In this document: piece after piece, positions 9,701 to 15,949 of the stretch
Position numbering within the stretch: the stretch's first letter is position 1
Layout of the letters: each line of letters opens with the position of its first letter
From: an uncultured virus (IMG/VR IMGVR_UViG_3300025770_000897)
Taxonomy: Duplodnaviria; Heunggongvirae; Uroviricota; Caudoviricetes
Length of the DNA: 20,000 nucleotides
IMG/VR virus record: IMGVR_UViG_3300025770_000897
Strand: one strand, 5' to 3'
Notes under the pieces: model-generated
Told to the model about the DNA's origin: nothing
Database searches by the model: none
What the model saw: the letters and a program-made list of their open reading frames with translations, nothing else
Made by a program: the position numbers and the translations under genes

Positions 9701-10281
9701 ATCCGACATGAAACCACTCCATCCAACGGAGCCACCAGAATACCTTCTGTAAGCACCGCTAAACCAGCGCAAATGCCGTGATACATACAAGTAGCCATTC
9801 GGCTCGTTCCGAGCGTTAAGGAGTCCTTGAGAGCCTCGGTTTCATAAGTCTTGAGAGTTTCTCTCCAATCAGCCTTACCAACCACTTCAGAATCAAACCC
9901 AATAACTTTTCCTGTGCCTTCACAGTTTTCACACGGCACGTCCTTCCATGAAACTTGAGCGTTCTTACCTGACCCTTTACAAGCAGGGCATTTTTGATTC
10001 TCACCGTAAATTAAACTTTCAGCCGCTACAATACGAGCAATCTGAATCGCAACCATTTCACGGTTGCCATTATTTTCTTCTGTAAGTTCTCGAATCTGTG
10101 CCGCCGTGTTTCGAGGATGTAGAAAATCTAAAAGTTTCTGAGTTCGGTCTGCAAGGTCGGAGGCCAGAGGAATCTCTACGGAAAGTCGTGGGTCTAAACC
10201 TTTGGCTTTGGCTTTGGCTACTAATTTATAGGCTTCAGCACACTCCGCTTCTAACCGAGCAATATACCCTTCGTAGTCCAT
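6715..10281 (-). CDS. polC: Archaeal DNA polymerase D large subunit DP2, 1188 aa (start revised from 10302)
   Basis: Collinear DP2 motifs: GLDP...VEIPLA.DLADR, GLAVLTEGILVAPLDG, YAGPIRSAGGT.QALSV, RDLERV.TNRVR.G, KYMSDVLAGRPIF, GGLRLRYGRSR, ERPGK, GEFLENNHPL, RIGARMGKPE, DGTIRFD, GLAPHTS, HAAKRRNCDGD.D, RGGRMDAPL and C-terminal RC.KC...YRR.P..GKC. No intein. Confidence 0.97.
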   Translation of the reverse strand: MDYEGYIARLEAECAEAYKLVAKAKAKGLDPRLSVEIPLASDLADRTQKLLDFLHPRNTAAQIRELTEENNGNREMVAIQIARIVAAESLIYGENQKCPACKGSGKNAQVSWKDVPCENCEGTGKVIGFDSEVVGKADWRETLKTYETEALKDSLTLGTSRMATCMYHGICAGLAVLTEGILVAPLDGVVSCRIITNEDGSESLAVNYAGPIRSAGGTGQALSVLIADVLRRDFGLKPPQVTFNEVERYKEEVSKYSRGLQYRPSNPQLEVIAYNCPVYVDGEGVGGEVTGQRDLERVPTNRVREGMLLVMCEGLVLKAPKILKYVEELEMDGWDWLRDFVKTGGKSKTIEPSEKYMSDVLAGRPIFGLPMKVGGLRLRYGRSRLAGLATTAMHPVSMMAIGGFVICGTQMKYERPGKATVATPCDTIQGPYLQFKDGSGKRINSESEMKLRAGLEETDEWSLLPTEPDWPIEKVWDIGELLVPVGEFLENNHPLPPSPYVSEWHDQIVGEAGLKSAESFKEAWSMSETYGVPLDPKYIAVGLDDVTAVEIGEMAASMALTLTSSVPQKYRELVYRLNVDMDSEGVLLGAEAGLILKVIEKVSLMDAEELNSLNTLDQKSAREWINESFGVQVRPRTTLRIGARMGKPEGSKHREMNPSTHGIWPVGSNVGTKRLIPDAVRKSEKYYTGIRVCPECNEQTWKGVCLGDPAHKPTETNFVGMVKQTLDADVLWKEAMETTHQAVEPKVKGNKSLGSGEKIPEHLLKAVLRQRNGTSSFRDGTIRFDMVDITMTHFRPDEIGITAERARDLGYDVDYQGQPVVADDQVIELMPQDVVVAQNCVTPLLAAMRFTDDALVTMYELEPFYRLKDDAGAEALVGQLIMGLAPHTSGAVLARIIGTAPVKGHYGHPFYHAAKRRNCDGDIDCIMLLTEGLLNFSRMFLPRNRGGRMDAPLTLTTRIVATEIDKEALNTDILSQYPVSFYEFLRNAEEPPGPKEALKHGIRIVETLIDEDVLPVGKIGFTHDTSDCGAGPRNNPYNTLDSMRRKTMEQFALGEILESVDNIEQASKLIDRHLIRDMRGNLRAYGQQKVRCTKCGESYRRVPVSGKCRTKLDTRKDRFTGETVDIYCPGNLILTVTEGSVAKYDDLMATLIERYGCNEYISGLYSQVSKWVSETFESQELGKQQSLW

Positions 10282-10303
10282 GTGTTCTATAAGAACAAGC
10301 ACT

Positions 10304-10311
10304 TACTTAAA
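10304..10311 (-). promoter_or_regulatory. TATA box TTTAAGTA for DP2
   Basis: Begins at 10311 on the - strand, exactly 30 nt upstream of ATG 10281 (MDYEGY...). Confidence 0.75.
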
Positions 10312-10313
10312 CT

Positions 10314-12764
10314 TCACTCTAAGCCAGTGGGAAAGTGTTCAGCCCAAGGACCAGATTCCCAATTACCATATTTCCATGTCGCCAAATGAAACTTTCGATA
10401 ATCAGTTACAGGACCCATCGCTGTAAATCCACTAATATGAGAAACTTTGGTGGCAAAAACATCAATAGCATAAGGCGTGTAACGGTTTGATACAATGTCT
10501 TCCAAAGCCCCAATCAGTTCTCGGTAATTTTCATATTTCTTCCAACTAACTACGCTACCATTTGGCCTTCTAATTTCTACCTCAAAAGGTCCTTGATATT
10601 CATCAGTTTCTACTTCAAAGGTTTCATACTCTGCTGCAAATGTTTCATTGATGACTTCTAAGTAACTTTCACTAACGGGTGGATAAACCATATCTACTCC
10701 GGGCTGACGTTCCGAAAGTTCTTCTCCATTTCTAACGATTTTCTCCACTAAAATGTAATAATGGTCGCATTCCGCACCGCACCAATCCACAGGTGCAATC
10801 TTGGTCACTCGACCTTCCATATAACAATCATCTCGAATCAAAGTTCCGTCAGGGAGAACAAAATCATAACTACGAACACGGTCACCAACTGATACAGCAA
10901 GTTCTGGCTGGCGTTCAGCACCAAAAGTTTCGGAATCGAAAATCTCATGGGCTTCTGGTTCATGTGATGATAATCGGCTGTATCTCCAAAGTGGACCTCC
11001 CCAATCACCATTATCTTCAATAGTGCTTCGCCAATGAGAACGCCAATTATTTCGCACCTCATCAACGGCTTCGTCTTCGTCATAGGCTTCTACTGGACCA
11101 ATACTATAATAATGTAATACTGGAACACTAACTTCGTAGGTTCTTAATTCATCTTCTTCTTCTTCGGATTCAGCATTTTTTTCCATCTTAATAGAACAAG
11201 GGCAAGGAAGATGCGCTATCGCATCGGATTTCCATTTTTTAAGCACTTTGTTTGTGCAAGGTTTAACTTCTGGTCCTATCATACAAACACAAGGATTTTC
11301 TGAATCTGCACCGCACATCTTACAAAAAGATTTGGTTAGCACATAATTAGGAGGATATGTTTTGCCTTCTTGGATTCCTAAAACTCCTCTATGCTTTTGC
11401 TTGAACAAAGACATAAGACGAGCCTCATCTTGCGCTTTTTCAAGGTTAGAAAATGGTCCTTCTAATAAATAACCCATCGCAAACTTTGGTCTATAACGAA
11501 TGTAGTATTCTTTTTCTTCTTCGGCTCGGAGTGTATCATACTCTTTATTGGCCTGATTTTTTGCCTTATCTAAAATCTTGTCCCAATCCCAAGATTCTAC
11601 TTCATCATCATAAATCCATGTGTTTTTGGGCGCATCTATCTTGGGCATATTGCCACTATAATGCCAAATATCATAGACCGGCATATCATAGACTTCGCTA
11701 AAATCTTCAATAGAAAAAATATCTCCGTTTGGGTAAATGTAAGCAGCCTGTTGCCAACCACCTGTTTTTATTCCTTTAGGAATCTTAGGCATAGTGCTTT
11801 CAGATTCAAACCATCGAAAACCTCCGGCATTTCTGGGTCCTTCGTATGGAGTTTTTTGTTCAAAGGTTGCAGTTTTTCCGCACTCCACACATTCCATCAC
11901 GATGAGATTATCCTCGTAGATGTCAAACTTTGCGTTATCAGCGCAGTTGTGTTCGTGTTTCCATTCGTCGTATAATCCATCCCAAAGAACCTGATAGTAG
12001 TCGTGCTGAGGATAGTCCACCGAATCTTCTCCCTTCAACAGTCCATTCTCATGTAAAATGTTCCAGTCTATGTCAGGAACCTTACCCACGTCCCCAGAGT
12101 GGTCGTTTTCAAAAAATGTCAATCTTGAAAATCCATCAACCTCTTCGTTTTGACTCAAACAGACCTCCAACACAACCCCGTTTGGGGCTACCAGTTGTGG
12201 CTTGTAAAACTCAACGATTTGGTCCTTGTATGTTGTTCCAACGCTTGTCATGCTAAATCCAGCATTCTTCAATCGTTTCTTAATCAATTCGGTGGGTGCT
12301 AAATCGGTTCTGCCCCATCCCCATTCATAATTGTCTTCAGACCTAAAACTTACGGATTCATATTTAGCACGCATACTGGGTTTTAGCCATTCCCCAATGG
12401 TTGTTCCACCCAAATACTCAAACGTAAATGGGTTCTTGGTTGTATCAACCCGAATAGTTTCAGGATTAACAATCGGCCTCAATTGCGAAGTAAGAGCCAC
12501 ACTATTTACAATGGTCGTCATCCCAGAACGACCGTAAGTTTCACGATAACGGTTCAATAATTCTGCCGCAGTTACTGGTTCGCCCATCTGAGCCAACAAA
12601 TCAACAAGACGAGCCAATTTGTATCCACTCATATTTCGCTTAAAGTTTCGAGAAGCCTGTTTGTAACATTCGCCTCCACAAACCAAAGCATCAGCACCTC
12701 GTCGTGCCGAGTGGGTATTCTCAGTTGATGCACCGCAAACTAAACAATTCTGAAAAGCCCTCAT
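10314..12764 (-). CDS. Mosaic multidomain protein / putative polyprotein B, 816 aa
   Basis: Long ORF starting 4 nt after the upstream stop. N-terminal CxxC...CxxxC, an internal CxxC, a Cys-rich module and an SH3-like VGDRVRSYDF segment. Segments end in FRSE, LKGE, FESE, LRAE, KNAE, FDSE-TFGAE and FAAE. Confidence 0.75.
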   Translation of the reverse strand: MRAFQNCLVCGASTENTHSARRGADALVCGGECYKQASRNFKRNMSGYKLARLVDLLAQMGEPVTAAELLNRYRETYGRSGMTTIVNSVALTSQLRPIVNPETIRVDTTKNPFTFEYLGGTTIGEWLKPSMRAKYESVSFRSEDNYEWGWGRTDLAPTELIKKRLKNAGFSMTSVGTTYKDQIVEFYKPQLVAPNGVVLEVCLSQNEEVDGFSRLTFFENDHSGDVGKVPDIDWNILHENGLLKGEDSVDYPQHDYYQVLWDGLYDEWKHEHNCADNAKFDIYEDNLIVMECVECGKTATFEQKTPYEGPRNAGGFRWFESESTMPKIPKGIKTGGWQQAAYIYPNGDIFSIEDFSEVYDMPVYDIWHYSGNMPKIDAPKNTWIYDDEVESWDWDKILDKAKNQANKEYDTLRAEEEKEYYIRYRPKFAMGYLLEGPFSNLEKAQDEARLMSLFKQKHRGVLGIQEGKTYPPNYVLTKSFCKMCGADSENPCVCMIGPEVKPCTNKVLKKWKSDAIAHLPCPCSIKMEKNAESEEEEDELRTYEVSVPVLHYYSIGPVEAYDEDEAVDEVRNNWRSHWRSTIEDNGDWGGPLWRYSRLSSHEPEAHEIFDSETFGAERQPELAVSVGDRVRSYDFVLPDGTLIRDDCYMEGRVTKIAPVDWCGAECDHYYILVEKIVRNGEELSERQPGVDMVYPPVSESYLEVINETFAAEYETFEVETDEYQGPFEVEIRRPNGSVVSWKKYENYRELIGALEDIVSNRYTPYAIDVFATKVSHISGFTAMGPVTDYRKFHLATWKYGNWESGPWAEHFPTGLE

Positions 12765-12768
12765 AATT

Positions 12769-15072
12769 TCACATCCACCGTGGCTCTACGCCATAATCTT
12801 CAGACTCAGCATCTAAATCAACAACGTCGAAATAAGCATTGTAAGGTTTAAATCTCATAAAAACTTCCATGATTCCATCTTGATATTCAGTCTCATAACT
12901 CAAAAGGAGTTGAGAATACTTGGCGAGTAGAGCCTCCATGTCATTACTAAAACTATTATAATCAAGAGATGAGTCTTCAGCATTCTTTTCCAACGCTTTG
13001 TAACAAGCACACTTAGGTTCTTTGGCTCGACAACTCATTGGCTCAGGTGCTTTCATACAAACACAAGGATTAGATTCATCAGCACCACAGCAGCAAGAAG
13101 TTTTGCTAAGTTTTTCTTCTGCTTCCAATGCTTCCAATCGAGCCAGTTCTTCTGCATCTTCTTGTATCTGAAGGTATTGTTGTTCTAAATACTGGTCGTA
13201 TTCTGGAGTGTCATAAATAGCCATTGTTTGTTCATACCATTCTTCAAAAGACATCGGTGGGTAATCTGTTTCAGGGTCTAACTCTTCAACATACTCTTCG
13301 TAAGCCTCTTGTGCCATCTCATCTTGATGTGCCAAGTTGTCGTAAGAATCAGATGATTCAGCAGACATCATATCATACCAATTGTGTTCTTCAATCAATT
13401 GTTGAACATCTTTTCGGGCGGATTTTAAAATAATAGAGTAGTGCCTTTCAAATACTTCCTCTAACTGCTCTTGCTGCTCGTCATCGTCTTGGTTGGTAAT
13501 GGTATTCCACCAAGCCTCCACAGAGCCATTGGGCTTACCCTCAAAAGTCCAGATTTTAGTGAGGAGTTTATTCGGCGGATAAAGGTTAGCATGAAAGTAG
13601 TCCCAAGTCACTTCTTCTTCGGTTTGTTCTTCATGTTGCATCCATTGTTTCATAGATTTTTTAGGACTCCACGATTCGGCATCAAAAGTTTCTGCATTCA
13701 TTGATGGGTCTGGAACACAATTACTAAGCCAAAATCCACCAGTATCCACAGTTTCACCATACAAGCAACTTTCATAATTGCCAATTTTACATTGGCGACA
13801 CATCATTTCAAAATCTTCAGCATTCATAGCAGCAGACTTTTTCTTAGCCCAATTTACTCCAGAAGTTCCGCCCCATAGATTCCAAGCAATAGTTCCTGCT
13901 GTGGGTCCACCATCTGGCATCTTTTTACTGGGATTATTGTTTTTACGATGACGATTAAACGCTGACATTCGACGAACATCATGTTTTGAAACTTTTCCTG
14001 AAGCAATCTTTCTGGCACGTGTTACTCCAGAATCAATACCTTGCGATTTGGCTTCGGCAGGACTCAACCCTCCACGACCGTATTTCTTTCGTTGCTCTAA
14101 TCCACGCTTGGCTGCGGATATTGCTGAAGCAGGAGGTTTGTAAGATTCGGCACCGAATCCTCGGTCAGTTCCTGAACCAACCACAAACCAACATTGAACC
14201 TTTCTTCGACCGCCCGGAACGTGTAAGTTTCGAGAATAAATCAAACCTTTGGATTCCATGTCTCTGAGAGTTTTTGAAACACCTGAACGAGTAATTCCCA
14301 GTAATTCACAAATGCCGCCCTCGGTGTTCTCAAACTTTCCATCGTATTTGCTGTTTTGTCGATTATTGTTTAACTGTTCTAAGATGAGTTCTTCCTTTTC
14401 AGTCTTGCGAGCCACATTTGATTCAGCATTCTTGCTCATGGCTCGGTCTAATTTTTCTAAAATCTCATCTTCAGTAATCAAACCCATTTTGAGAGCCGTC
14501 TGCAACTTCAAAAGTTTCTGTTGCTTTTCGCTGTCATCCATCATGTATTGAATTGCCATTACTCGGTCAGTAATCTTGTCAGTCTTGAGTCCTCGTGGTA
14601 ACACAGAAACGGCTTCAAAACGTCTGGATTCACGAAGTTCTGGATAGTTCACACTACCCCAGAATCGTTCATGTGCTAACCGACCTCTTCGGGCGGTCAT
14701 TAAGTCTCCACGACTGTCTTTTGGAATCCGACTCAAGGGTCCTGAATCCGCACTTTCTCGAATCTCTTCGGTTCGCTGCAACAGATTCTTACGCCAGTTT
14801 TGTGTTCGATGCACTCTTTTTGCACCATAAACTTTCTGGTCTCCGAGCCAATACTGAACTCGAATAGCATCCTTTCCACGGTCTCGACTAACAGCCCCAG
14901 TAACACTGGAATACACACGGATTTTACCATCGCCAACAGGCGTTTCATACACACGTTCCTTAACAGGTCTGCGGCCAAAACTACCTCGTTGGTCCACACT
15001 TAATTCTGTAAATCCCAATGCAGACATAAAATCAGACATCTCTGATTCTGTAATAGCCACATATCGACTCAT
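12769..15072 (-). CDS. Mosaic multidomain protein / putative polyprotein A, 767 aa
   Basis: Contains a virus-type ERVYE..IRVYSS..GKDAIRV..KRVHRT.NWRKNL domain, a degenerate topoisomerase-type ribbon, a winged HTH, a phage GRGG..GV.RAR..IAW.LWGG domain, acidic segments and a Cys-rich module. These are separated by KNAE, FGAE, MNAE, MNAE-TFDAE, MSAE, LEAE, KNAE and LDAE. Confidence 0.8.
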   Translation of the reverse strand: MSRYVAITESEMSDFMSALGFTELSVDQRGSFGRRPVKERVYETPVGDGKIRVYSSVTGAVSRDRGKDAIRVQYWLGDQKVYGAKRVHRTQNWRKNLLQRTEEIRESADSGPLSRIPKDSRGDLMTARRGRLAHERFWGSVNYPELRESRRFEAVSVLPRGLKTDKITDRVMAIQYMMDDSEKQQKLLKLQTALKMGLITEDEILEKLDRAMSKNAESNVARKTEKEELILEQLNNNRQNSKYDGKFENTEGGICELLGITRSGVSKTLRDMESKGLIYSRNLHVPGGRRKVQCWFVVGSGTDRGFGAESYKPPASAISAAKRGLEQRKKYGRGGLSPAEAKSQGIDSGVTRARKIASGKVSKHDVRRMSAFNRHRKNNNPSKKMPDGGPTAGTIAWNLWGGTSGVNWAKKKSAAMNAEDFEMMCRQCKIGNYESCLYGETVDTGGFWLSNCVPDPSMNAETFDAESWSPKKSMKQWMQHEEQTEEEVTWDYFHANLYPPNKLLTKIWTFEGKPNGSVEAWWNTITNQDDDEQQEQLEEVFERHYSIILKSARKDVQQLIEEHNWYDMMSAESSDSYDNLAHQDEMAQEAYEEYVEELDPETDYPPMSFEEWYEQTMAIYDTPEYDQYLEQQYLQIQEDAEELARLEALEAEEKLSKTSCCCGADESNPCVCMKAPEPMSCRAKEPKCACYKALEKNAEDSSLDYNSFSNDMEALLAKYSQLLLSYETEYQDGIMEVFMRFKPYNAYFDVVDLDAESEDYGVEPRWM

Positions 15073-15090
15073 GCGTATTGTTTGGTGGTT

Positions 15091-15102
15091 CGACTACTTA
15101 AA
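15091..15102 (-). promoter_or_regulatory. TATA-box promoter TTTAAGTAGTCG for the polyprotein operon
   Basis: Begins at 15102 on the - strand, exactly 30 nt upstream of ATG 15072. Confidence 0.8.
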
Positions 15103-15109
15103 GCCTCAC

Positions 15110-15250
15110 TTTGAATCGCAGCACTCTTCAATCAACCTACGGTTGAGGGGGGACAACCTTTCCCCGAATCCGTTACACAGATTCTCCCCTATCCGGAGGG
15201 TGTGTAGCCTAACGGCTACTCAACAAGTGTTACCAACGTTTTAACGGGCG
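15110..15250. other. Hairpin-rich intergenic segment (candidate structured RNA or cis element)
   Basis: Adjacent inverted repeats on the + strand: TTGAA..TTCAA, TCAACC-tac-GGTTGA, GGGGA..TCCCC, GAATC..GATTC, CCCT..AGGG and GTAGCC-taac-GGCTAC. Confidence 0.4.
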
Positions 15251-15251
15251 T

Positions 15252-15410
15252 TCACTCTTTCATTTCTGAGAGTCGGTCGCTTAAAAGCAACAATGCCGAA
15301 GCCCAAAGGCCGACAAAAATACCGAGGTTCTCATCGTGAGCAAAGTAAATAGCAATACTTCCCAAAATAGAAGTGAGACTTGCACCAAATCCAATCTTTT
15401 TCCAATCCAT
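15252..15410 (-). CDS. Small two-helix membrane protein, 52 aa (missing from the ORF track)
   Basis: Translated by hand: MDWKKIGFGASLTSILGSIAIYFAHDENLGIFVGLWASALLLLSDRLSEMKE*. A perfect RBS GGAGGTGA lies at 15415-15422 on the - strand. Confidence 0.8.
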   Translation of the reverse strand: MDWKKIGFGASLTSILGSIAIYFAHDENLGIFVGLWASALLLLSDRLSEMKE

Positions 15411-15426
15411 TATTTCACCTCCAGTT

Positions 15427-15897
15427 TCAATTTCCGTTTAGAACATCCGACAAATGCTTGTTGTCGAGACCCTTTGTGAGTCGGTCAATCAACTGCAACT
15501 TGTTTCCAGACACAGGCAACCCTGCTGACTTGAGTAGTTCTTTGAGTTCTGCAACCTTGAGACCAGAAAGGCGGTCTTGCAGGTCATCCACAGCATCGGC
15601 TACATCGGCAACCACGTCGTCGGCCACTTCTTCAAGTGCTTCCGAAACGCTTTCTCCTTCTTCCAGAGCCTCCATGACTTCTTCCGAAGCCTCTTCGACA
15701 ACATCTTCCACCGAACTTAGAACATCGGAGACCACTTCATCGAGTTCAATGTCCTTTCCTGTCAAGTCCTCGACAACATCTTCGAGTTTGTCTGCAATTT
15801 TGGCAACTGCGTTACCACGGTTCTTGAGCCACCAGCCACCAATTGCTGTAATAGCCAATCCTCCGAGTCCAATTAAAATCTGTGTTTGTTCATCCAT
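15427..15897 (-). CDS. Membrane-anchored acidic protein with C-terminal SAP domain, 156 aa
   Basis: N-terminal TM segment (ILIGLGGLAITAIGGWWL), Asp/Glu/Val-rich spacer and SAP consensus LSGLKVAELKELLKSAGLPVSGNKLQLIDRL. RBS AGGTGA at 15904-15909 and a TATA-like TTTATATG at 15939-15946 (- strand). Confidence 0.85.
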   Translation of the reverse strand: MDEQTQILIGLGGLAITAIGGWWLKNRGNAVAKIADKLEDVVEDLTGKDIELDEVVSDVLSSVEDVVEEASEEVMEALEEGESVSEALEEVADDVVADVADAVDDLQDRLSGLKVAELKELLKSAGLPVSGNKLQLIDRLTKGLDNKHLSDVLNGN

Positions 15898-15949
15898 TTT
15901 GTATCACCTGTTGTGTAACTACTCTATTCCGTAGCACCCATATAAACAA

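Noticed and set aside
10282..10302. Listed DP2 start at 10302, and listed starts at 6058, 6290 and 17640
   Set aside because: They lie upstream of, within or too close to the TATA boxes. Downstream ATGs at 10281, 6133, 6323 and 17622 fit the 30-31 nt spacing.
7021..14867. Plus-strand ORFs inside DP2 and the polyproteins (e.g. 8807..9409, 14249..14551)
   Set aside because: They are antisense shadows of well-supported genes and show no recognisable motifs.
15110..15250. tRNA, hammerhead ribozyme or CRISPR array in the intergenic gap
   Set aside because: No cloverleaf with a T-loop consensus, no CUGAUGA/GAAA core, and no regularly spaced direct repeats here or elsewhere in the window.
15380..15934. 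184-aa Ser/Thr-rich plus-strand ORF
   Set aside because: It is the antisense shadow of the acidic SAP-domain gene.
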